Source of the DNA: a virus
Length of the DNA stretch: 64,000 nucleotides
Reading direction: 5' to 3' (one strand)
Virus record (IMG/VR): IMGVR_UViG_3300025483_000873
Part shown: positions 7,854 through 15,410 of the stretch, piece after piece
How the letters are laid out: every line of letters starts with the position of its first letter
Position numbering within the stretch: position 1 is the stretch's first letter
Notes under the pieces: model-generated
Told to the model about the DNA's origin: nothing
The model's input: the letters and a program-made list of their open reading frames with translations, nothing else
The model's database searches: none
Translations under genes and position numbers: made by a program

Positions 7854-8532
7854 ATACCCCTGTTTTCTTCAGACGTTTTGAAATAAAATCTGATGATTGT
7901 TTATAGTTATTTTCTTTTCTAAATTCAGATACAAACTGTGTAAGGTATCTTGATTTTAATAAGTAGATTTCTCTGTGACTATTATTTAAATCTTCTTCAT
8001 GATCAAACGCACTCACTGGATATGATATTGATGAACCAGGAACGGTTACAGTATTAGTTCCATCCCAATAGTTGAAAGATTTATTATAAAAAGATTCATC
8101 TACTTTTAAACCCGCTTCCAACACAATAACAGGTACTTTTCTGGGCGTAGCATCACCAGTTAATGATTGATTAGTTTTTACTTCTCTGGTCTTGTAATAT
8201 AGTGGAGCATAAGGATTCTCATACTTCTTTTCGCAGTACTTTTGCAGAGCATAAGATGATATCGGCCAGTCAAATAGTGGATTAATAATATTGTTGGTAA
8301 GTATCACAACCCAGTCGTAGAATGGTGTGTCGTAAATAGCATTAGCGATAGTTGCTGGAGTTTCTCCATCTTCTACTGCATACTTGTTGTAGTAAACAGA
8401 AGAACTAAACATCTCCGGAACTATTTCATATCTTCTGAAGAAATTCTTTGCAGTTACAAAGTCTGAACTTGTAAAAGGATATCCGATAGGTTTAGTATCG
8501 TATTCTATGTTAGGAATGAGATTAAAGTACAT
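7852..8532 (-). CDS. gp53: baseplate wedge subunit gp53
   Basis: YAVEDGETPATIANAIYDTPFYDWVVILTNNIINPLFDWP. Confidence 0.9.
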   Translation of the reverse strand: MYFNLIPNIEYDTKPIGYPFTSSDFVTAKNFFRRYEIVPEMFSSSVYYNKYAVEDGETPATIANAIYDTPFYDWVVILTNNIINPLFDWPISSYALQKYCEKKYENPYAPLYYKTREVKTNQSLTGDATPRKVPVIVLEAGLKVDESFYNKSFNYWDGTNTVTVPGSSISYPVSAFDHEEDLNNSHREIYLLKSRYLTQFVSEFRKENNYKQSSDFISKRLKKTGV

Positions 8533-9548
8533 TAGAAAGACGCTGCTCCAATAGTGATATCTTCTGCAAACAGCATCTTCAACTCTTTAAAGTTGATTGT
8601 TATGTTAGTAGCAACTGGTGCTCCCCCGTCATATGATGCCCATGAACCATCAGGTGTATAGTTAATCGATACATTACTGATAGCACAAGGTTTAAACTGT
8701 GATACATATGGATTTACTGAATCACCTGTCATAAAAGTTACCCGTACTACATTTGGGACATTAATAAAAGCACCACCCCCAAATGATGGAAGCATATTCT
8801 TTTTAAAGGTGTTGCAAATAGCACGAATTTCTGCTGATTCCCCCGGACTAGACGCAAACATTTTATAAGTCAATGAGAATGTTCTCATCTCTGGAGCTTG
8901 ATACATCATTTCTACATTAGGATTCACAATCGTACCACCAATTCCTCCTAATGCTTGGTTGAGAGTCACTCCAGAACCTAATGCCTTGTTAGCATTATTT
9001 ACGATGAAGTCTGCTGCTCCTTTTCTAGCAGAGTCGCTAAAGTCGGTAAAAGCGTCTCCTATATTGAAGTCTCCGCCTGCTATTTTCATTAAACGACCAG
9101 CAAGAAACCCAAAACCAGCACCAGACCAGTTTGCACCGTATTCTGACTGAACATCTTCTGGCATATACATTATAATATTCTTGCCAGATTTGTCTCCTAA
9201 AACATTACTGCTGTCACTAAAATCTATAGAGTCTGAATATTCCTCTGCGTTACCTCCCGCACCTCCAGTTTGAAACGGTGGTTTATATTTAAAGAATTCA
9301 AATGTAACGTAGTCAGTGTCAGATGTTATTTGTGCTCCACCATTTGGATATCTATAGGTAGTACCTTGTGCTATTTTCGACGTATTTATTGCACCAAAAC
9401 TAGAGGGTTTAACTTTTATAACATTCCCCGCTTTTTCTTGCCTATCTGCTTCTTCCTGTAGAAGTTTTTTACCCTCTGGCGTATTATTAAATTCTTTTTG
9501 AAGCTCGGCGTTCTTTTTATTATCTGGATCCCACGTTCCTAATGCCAT
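8532..9548 (-). CDS. gp48: baseplate tail-tube cap gp48
   Basis: LYMPE-like segment, NPNVEMMYQAPEMRTFSLTYKM, KPCAISNVSINYTPDG. Confidence 0.9.
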   Translation of the reverse strand: MALGTWDPDNKKNAELQKEFNNTPEGKKLLQEEADRQEKAGNVIKVKPSSFGAINTSKIAQGTTYRYPNGGAQITSDTDYVTFEFFKYKPPFQTGGAGGNAEEYSDSIDFSDSSNVLGDKSGKNIIMYMPEDVQSEYGANWSGAGFGFLAGRLMKIAGGDFNIGDAFTDFSDSARKGAADFIVNNANKALGSGVTLNQALGGIGGTIVNPNVEMMYQAPEMRTFSLTYKMFASSPGESAEIRAICNTFKKNMLPSFGGGAFINVPNVVRVTFMTGDSVNPYVSQFKPCAISNVSINYTPDGSWASYDGGAPVATNITINFKELKMLFAEDITIGAASF

Positions 9549-10219
9549 TACGTCACCATCTCCTTATCTGATTGTTTACCATAACCTTTGATGATACGTT
9601 TTGCTTTGATACGATCCTGATCTTTTTTAGAAATTTCATCCCATACAGATTCTTTATCGTATGCAATGTTACCGGATCCTTTTGTAATAACGAAGTCTTC
9701 AACAGGTAAGAAGATAGATGTCTCCCACTCATCTATAGCAAGATCCAAGAAAGGACTTTTACAATGTGTCTTTATATATTTATGTATGATTATCTTGGGT
9801 AGGTCAATGAATCCACGTTCTAGTTTCTGAATTACTTTAACTCTTGCTTTGGGTCTTAAGTAATGTAAATTAGCACCATAAAATTCATTGCCAAAGTCTT
9901 TTATTACATAGACTAATGGAAACTTATCGTAGTATGGTAGACTCTTTGTTTTTGCTTCGTACTCAAACAAATATAAGTGACCATCTCTTACTGTGGTCCG
10001 TAAAATATTTTCATCTTGTTGAGTATCATATCGATCACGTTTTTCGATTTCTAATACTCTTGGTGGTTCTGTTTTATATGTAGATGAAAGTGACTTTACC
10101 TTGTCCCTATACCAGGACACGGATTTTTTTTCTCCATTCGTTGCATCACTAACTTTTTCAAAGATAGTTTTATATGTATTAGAAGTTCCTCCGAACCCTT
10201 TACTTTTTGTTTTTGCCAT
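9548..10219 (-). CDS. gp2: DNA end protector gp2-like
   Basis: LYLFEYEAKTKSLPYYDKFPLV...GANLHYL. Confidence 0.8.
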   Translation of the reverse strand: MAKTKSKGFGGTSNTYKTIFEKVSDATNGEKKSVSWYRDKVKSLSSTYKTEPPRVLEIEKRDRYDTQQDENILRTTVRDGHLYLFEYEAKTKSLPYYDKFPLVYVIKDFGNEFYGANLHYLRPKARVKVIQKLERGFIDLPKIIIHKYIKTHCKSPFLDLAIDEWETSIFLPVEDFVITKGSGNIAYDKESVWDEISKKDQDRIKAKRIIKGYGKQSDKEMVT

Positions 10220-10664
10220 TAGATCTTCCTACTCCTAAATGATCTTCGGTAAGGATTAAAAATTTCATCTGTCTATCCTCACAAAAGTCTTCAGCAGCGT
10301 CCCATTTGGCACGGTTCTTCATAAATGTAAAGACTTCTTTTTTCCAAGCGACAGTTTTGCGTTTGGGTTTTTCATTAGGTGGTTGTGTTTGCTTTTTAGG
10401 TTTCACTTCAATAATATACTTTTGATATTTACCACTCCTGTCTTTTACTTTGATGTAAAAGTCTGGATAATATCTATGTACTCTTCCGTCAGTAGGACAC
10501 TTATAAGGAATGATTATTTCCTCACTACCCCACTCGATGATGCTACCATTATGATCACAGAAGAACATAAATTTACGCTCCCATAGCGAGCGGTAAATTA
10601 TTCTGGTTGGATTTCCTTTGTACTTCCGTGGGTTAGTTGGCTTATAAATGCCTGAATATGCCAT
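10200..10664 (-). CDS. gp4: head completion nuclease gp4
   Basis: YRSLWERKFM..CD...W.SEE..IPY...HRYYPDF...IEVKP. Confidence 0.92.
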   Translation of the reverse strand: MAYSGIYKPTNPRKYKGNPTRIIYRSLWERKFMFFCDHNGSIIEWGSEEIIIPYKCPTDGRVHRYYPDFYIKVKDRSGKYQKYIIEVKPKKQTQPPNEKPKRKTVAWKKEVFTFMKNRAKWDAAEDFCEDRQMKFLILTEDHLGVGRSNGKNKK

Positions 10665-10665
10665 G

Positions 10666-10698
10666 CTAAATATAGATGGACCAACTATTTTTATTTAG
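10666..10698. promoter_or_regulatory. pair of late promoters, CTAAATA on + (10666-10672) and on - (10692-10698)
   Basis: T4-type late promoter cores between gp4 and gp54. Confidence 0.7.
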
Positions 10699-10699
10699 C

Positions 10700-11377
10700 G
10701 TGTCATTAGATACTTTCATACAGGCTATTGCTAAACGTGGGGGAATGTCTTTCTCCAATGGATATGATGTTGAGTTCTATGATTTCTCAACGCGATTATC
10801 AAATAATCTTGGAGATTTCATTGGCGCAGGTGGAACTGGAGATGAAACCAAAGCGGCGGGATTAGTTCAGATGCTTTGTGATGAAGCACAACTTCCTAAT
10901 GTACAGGCAGCCGTAGGACAGTTGAGTGGTAGAGTTATGGGAGAAAGTCAGATTAGTTATCCATATGCCAGATTTTACAGTGATTTGTCACTCACATGGA
11001 TGTGTGATGCTGAAATGATACCACTCAAATTTCTTAATACATGGCACTCTTTTATTTTCAATGGAAACAATTCTTCTCAAGATGGTCCTAAACCATCTGC
11101 TGCAGGATTGAAAAATATCAAGCAAGCAACTCCAAATGAGTTTAATAGGGCGATTAGATTGAACTATCCCGTAGAGTATATGTGTAAGTTGAGAATTAGT
11201 AAGACTGAAAAGGGAGCTGGTGCTCCTAATGAGAGATCAGCAGTATCCTATATTATGGAGAATATTTATCCTTATTCTATTGATTCTATTCCTTTATCTT
11301 ATGGTACTTCCCAGATCACGAAGGTAACCGCTAACTTCTACTATCAAAAACATACTGTTGTACACAGTAGGGTATAG
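10700..11377 (+). CDS. gp54: baseplate-tail tube initiator (gp54-like)
   Basis: LCDEAQLP...YPYARFYSDLSLTW...PYSIDSIPLSYG..ITKVTANFYY; GTG start preferred over ATG 10676. Confidence 0.7.
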   Translation: MSLDTFIQAIAKRGGMSFSNGYDVEFYDFSTRLSNNLGDFIGAGGTGDETKAAGLVQMLCDEAQLPNVQAAVGQLSGRVMGESQISYPYARFYSDLSLTWMCDAEMIPLKFLNTWHSFIFNGNNSSQDGPKPSAAGLKNIKQATPNEFNRAIRLNYPVEYMCKLRISKTEKGAGAPNERSAVSYIMENIYPYSIDSIPLSYGTSQITKVTANFYYQKHTVVHSRV

Positions 11378-11456
11378 TAAATGAGGCAAATTTGACTTTT
11401 CAGTTACAAAAAAGTCGAAAAAAAATCGCCACCAAAAATTGACTCAAAAAGTCGAA

Positions 11457-11467
11457 CTAAATAAATA
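11457..11467 (+). promoter_or_regulatory. late promoter
   Basis: CTAAATAAATA upstream of gp26. Confidence 0.75.
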
Positions 11468-11489
11468 TACGATTTGAACTCACATATCA

Positions 11490-12203
11490 ATGGCATTACC
11501 AAAACTTGGCGTACCTACGTATGAACTTACGTTGCCTTCTACCGGGAAAACTGTAAAATATAGACCATTTCTCGTTAAAGAAGAAAAAGTACTACTTTTA
11601 GCATTAGAATCTGATAATGAAAAAGAAGTAATTACTGCTGTAAAGAACACACTGCGAGCATGTGTATTATCTAGAGTAAAAGTTGATCAACTACCATCAT
11701 TCGATCTGGAGTACCTATTTCTTAAGATTCGTGCTGCTGCTGTCGGTGAAGTTATCGAGATGACGGTAACTTGTAATGATGATAACGAAACTCAAGCAAA
11801 AGCATCAATCAATATTGATGAGGTTGAAGTGAAGAAAGATGATGAGCATAGTAGAAAGATTATGCTTACAGACGATATGGGGATTATGCTCAATTATCCA
11901 AGTATGGATAGATTTATTGAATCGCAGTTTCTCAACAAAGATTTAGATCCAGAGCATATTTTCAACTTTATTGCTGAACATATTGAGCAAATTTTTGATG
12001 GTGAAGATGTATATGATTCTACAACTACCACAAAGAAAGAGTTTCGTGAGTTTGTTGAGGGGTTGACTAGCAGACAGTTTGAAGAAATTCAAAAGTTCTA
12101 TGAGACTATGCCTCGCTTGACACACACATTTAGTGTGACCAATCCTAACACTGGTAATGAATGTGAGTATACTATTGAGGGATTGCAAAGTTTTTTCGCA
12201 TAG
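11490..12203 (+). CDS. gp26: baseplate hub subunit gp26
   Basis: MALPKL..PTYELTLPSTGK.VKYRPFLVKEEK...DLEYLFLKIRA...IEGLQSFF. Confidence 0.92.
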   Translation: MALPKLGVPTYELTLPSTGKTVKYRPFLVKEEKVLLLALESDNEKEVITAVKNTLRACVLSRVKVDQLPSFDLEYLFLKIRAAAVGEVIEMTVTCNDDNETQAKASINIDEVEVKKDDEHSRKIMLTDDMGIMLNYPSMDRFIESQFLNKDLDPEHIFNFIAEHIEQIFDGEDVYDSTTTTKKEFREFVEGLTSRQFEEIQKFYETMPRLTHTFSVTNPNTGNECEYTIEGLQSFFA

Positions 12204-12220
12204 CAGTCTTCCAGAATAGT

Positions 12221-12388
12221 TTGGAGGGCTATTACAAGACTAACTTTGCTTTGATGCAGTACCATAAATACTCTTTGACGGAGATTGAACACCTCATACC
12301 GTGGGAAAGAGAAGTTTATACTGCTCTTCTAATTCAACATATTCAAGAGGAAAAGAAAAAAGCAGAGGAAGCAAAGACTCGTAGATGA
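12221..12388 (+). CDS. gp51: short gp51-like baseplate hub assembly ORF (possibly made as a frameshift fusion with gp26)
   Basis: LEGYYKTNFALMQYHKYSLTEIEHLIPWEREVY; not in the ORF track; no clear SD/ATG start. Confidence 0.8.
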   Translation: MEGYYKTNFALMQYHKYSLTEIEHLIPWEREVYTALLIQHIQEEKKKAEEAKTRR

Positions 12389-15381
12389 ACTTCAACACCC
12401 CAGCACCAAAAGATATCGTAAGATGGTATAGGAAAGGTGTGCCTGGTGGCGGACAGAAGGATCGCATCTTTGATAGATTAAAAGCAAAGTTAACTGGCGG
12501 CACGGATGATAGTGGCACCAGTTATTTTTCTATGTTGGAGAAGAAACTCTCCGATAAAGATGCTGATATAATTATTAAGAATATGAAGACGGATATCGAT
12601 GGATATCCTATGCTTGAGACTGGTAGTACCAGTGGTGAGGATCAGAGAAGATATCAAGAATGGATTGTTGAGAGATATTTAAAAACAGCTGGTACAGAAG
12701 GATTTACTGATACATCTGTTGCTGCTCCTGATGATGAAGAAGAACAGAAAGAAGAGGTAGTAGAAGAAGAAGCAGAAGAGATTGTAGAGGAAGCAGAAGA
12801 AGAAGTAAAAGAGAACATTGAAGAAGCAGTTGAGGTAGTAGACGAAGTAATAGAAGAAGCAGATGTATCGGAAGAAACTGGCGATATATCAGACATTACC
12901 GATATTTTACCGCAATCATTTATCGATGCAGTAAATCAACAACAAGGAACAGATTATCAAAAGACAAAGAAATCTACTGGGGTATCAAACACCAAGATTT
13001 TATCAACACTTGTCGGATCATTACAAAAAATCCAAGGACAACTTGGTAGTATTGACAATGAACTGAAAAAGCAGAATGCTCTTATTGGTGCTGCGTTAGG
13101 GACCACTGTAAGCAATCTTAATCAGATTGAGACCAGTCATGATGGTCTTAATGATAGATTTGATGGTATTCTGGAAGCATTTGAAGCACAGACCGCATTA
13201 AAGAAAAAAGAACTTGATGATGCAGAAACTGCTGCTGCTATTGATGAACAAGACGATGTTCTTGATGCTGCAGGAACAGAGGGTATAGGTGGTAAAAAAG
13301 GTAAAAAAGGTAAAGAGGAAGGAGGATTATCAAAATATGTTGGTAGAATTGCCAAATGGTTATGGAAAAAGTTTGCTCCAAAATGGTTAAGGTCTCGTCT
13401 TCGTCTATTAAGGATGAAGTTTGGACCGAAAAATCTTAAGCGTAGAGCAGGTAACTTTTTAAATAGTCAGAAAAAAAGAGCGGGTGACTTTTTAGGTAAT
13501 CAAAAAGATAGATTTGGCGATGCTATCAATCGCAAGAAATCTGAAATTGGTGCCAAAATAGGGCAAGCAAAAGGAAAACTTGGTGATGCTATTACTGGCG
13601 CAAAAACTGGCGCAAAAAAACTTCTATCCGGTATAAAAGGTCAAATATCATCAAAAGCCAATTTTTTAAAAGGCAAAGGTGATGACTTATTAAAAGGTGG
13701 CAAAAATCTTGGTCAACGTGCCTTAAACAGTGGTAAAGGTTTAGTTGATAATGTAGGTAAATTTATGGCAAGCAAGGGTGCCAGAATTGGTGCCAAAGTT
13801 GGTGTTGCTACTGGTAAATATGGTGGTAGGATGATTCCTGCTGCTGGTATTGCTATTAGTGCTGCTGACGCTGTAGATCGTACAAAAAAAGGTGATAAAG
13901 TAGGTGCTTGGTTAGCAGGTCTTGGTGCTGCGTCTGGCACTGGTGCTGTTGTGACAGCTCCTGCTGCATTAAGTGGTGTTGGCGTTGCTGCTCCTGCTGC
14001 ATTTGAGGCAACTTCTGCTGTAGCAGATACAGCACTGTTAATATATGATATCTTTAATGCAGTTACTGATAGAGAGTTTGAGCAAGGCGGATTAACTAAA
14101 CCTGGACTGGCGATGTTGCATGGTACTGAAGCAATTATTCCTAAAGATGTCGCAGATACTAACTTATTGAGTCCTGTTGGTGGAGCATTGATTGGAGCAT
14201 CTGCTAACTTCTTGACACAAGCAGGACCAGCAGCATCTTTAGTTGCTCCTATGTTTAAGCAATCTGCTAACGCATTGACAAAGTTCTTTGATGTGCCTAC
14301 AACACTCGCACAGACAAATGTTGGTGGATCATTTGCTGGTATTGATACCACGATAAAAAATGTAAAGAAAAAATCAGAAGAAGAAAATAATGAAGACCCT
14401 GATGAGTTTGGACCCGAAGGTGGAACAGTAGAAGAAAAAATGCTCGATAAAATGAAGGGTGGGGTGACCGGATTCTTTGGTGGTATGCTAAAGTTATTTG
14501 GCATAAGAATGCCACCCGAAGTTGACGTTAATGATGATGATGGTAATGGTGGTAAATTTGGAGGAAATGGTAAGTTTATTCAGGGCAACTCTGGAGCGTC
14601 TGGTGGCATACATTATCATATTGGTCCTGGTAGTTATCAAGATGGAAATATTACCTCTTCAGCTGGTAATGCTGATGCAAGAGCAGTAGCAGAAAAAGTA
14701 GTTAAGCATTTCCAAGGTAAAAAGAGTATCTACATTGGTAGATTGGGGTACACTGTTAAAGAATCTGATACCCCAGCGATTATCAAAGAGAAAGTAAAAC
14801 GAGGACAGGAGGTACATAGTTCTGGTCGTGGGTCACAAGGTGGTATTGACTTGCAGATTGGTGGTGCATACTACCCTGGAGCAAAAGTTCCTTTCCCATT
14901 AAAAACTGAAGGTCTTAAGTATCGTACTGGAGGTTTTGGTGTAACTGCCAAAGTTTCTGGTTCAAATGCATTTGTAGCACATGGACTGTATGATGAAAAT
15001 GGTAAGCAAGCACCACAAGAAAGAACCAAAATGTATGGTGAAGGTGGTGATACTCCATCAGTACCAACAGAGATTATTGTTGGTGATAGAGGAAAAGAAA
15101 AGGTTATGAAAAACCTGGTTGCTTCTTTTAAACCAGTGTCTGATCTGCTTGATGCGTATAACGCATCAACTTCGACTGATGAGTTGATTGCTGCAACTAG
15201 AGCATATGCTCCTGAAGTTCTTATGTATGATGATGAAGAGGGTGGGATGGGACAACAGATTATTGTGGTAAATAATACACCACCTATGGCACCGATGCCT
15301 ATGGGTGGTGGTACTATAGTAACAAGAAAACCTACTACATCAGCATCAAAAACTTTACTGATGCAAAAACTATTTGCTTGA
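12385..15381 (+). CDS. tape-measure/gp29-like tail protein 1 with degenerate M23-peptidase-like segment
   Basis: 998 aa, low-complexity helical, follows gp26/51; H...GGIDL...GGFG...VAHGL segment near the C-terminus. Confidence 0.6.
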   Translation: MNFNTPAPKDIVRWYRKGVPGGGQKDRIFDRLKAKLTGGTDDSGTSYFSMLEKKLSDKDADIIIKNMKTDIDGYPMLETGSTSGEDQRRYQEWIVERYLKTAGTEGFTDTSVAAPDDEEEQKEEVVEEEAEEIVEEAEEEVKENIEEAVEVVDEVIEEADVSEETGDISDITDILPQSFIDAVNQQQGTDYQKTKKSTGVSNTKILSTLVGSLQKIQGQLGSIDNELKKQNALIGAALGTTVSNLNQIETSHDGLNDRFDGILEAFEAQTALKKKELDDAETAAAIDEQDDVLDAAGTEGIGGKKGKKGKEEGGLSKYVGRIAKWLWKKFAPKWLRSRLRLLRMKFGPKNLKRRAGNFLNSQKKRAGDFLGNQKDRFGDAINRKKSEIGAKIGQAKGKLGDAITGAKTGAKKLLSGIKGQISSKANFLKGKGDDLLKGGKNLGQRALNSGKGLVDNVGKFMASKGARIGAKVGVATGKYGGRMIPAAGIAISAADAVDRTKKGDKVGAWLAGLGAASGTGAVVTAPAALSGVGVAAPAAFEATSAVADTALLIYDIFNAVTDREFEQGGLTKPGLAMLHGTEAIIPKDVADTNLLSPVGGALIGASANFLTQAGPAASLVAPMFKQSANALTKFFDVPTTLAQTNVGGSFAGIDTTIKNVKKKSEEENNEDPDEFGPEGGTVEEKMLDKMKGGVTGFFGGMLKLFGIRMPPEVDVNDDDGNGGKFGGNGKFIQGNSGASGGIHYHIGPGSYQDGNITSSAGNADARAVAEKVVKHFQGKKSIYIGRLGYTVKESDTPAIIKEKVKRGQEVHSSGRGSQGGIDLQIGGAYYPGAKVPFPLKTEGLKYRTGGFGVTAKVSGSNAFVAHGLYDENGKQAPQERTKMYGEGGDTPSVPTEIIVGDRGKEKVMKNLVASFKPVSDLLDAYNASTSTDELIAATRAYAPEVLMYDDEEGGMGQQIIVVNNTPPMAPMPMGGGTIVTRKPTTSASKTLLMQKLFA

Positions 15382-15383
15382 AA

Positions 15384-15390
15384 ATAAATA
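15384..15390 (+). promoter_or_regulatory. late promoter
   Basis: ATAAATA in the intergenic gap. Confidence 0.6.
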
Positions 15391-15410
15391 AAGGCATAGA
15401 GGCATAACTA

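Noticed and set aside
12730-12870. GAA-rich purine tract
   Set aside because: Encodes the poly-Glu linker of tape-measure-like protein 1.
13713-14504. 263-aa minus-strand ORF (also 22241-22786 and many 60-130 aa overlapping ORFs)
   Set aside because: Antisense or out-of-frame shadows of low-complexity Gly/Ala/Thr-rich structural genes.
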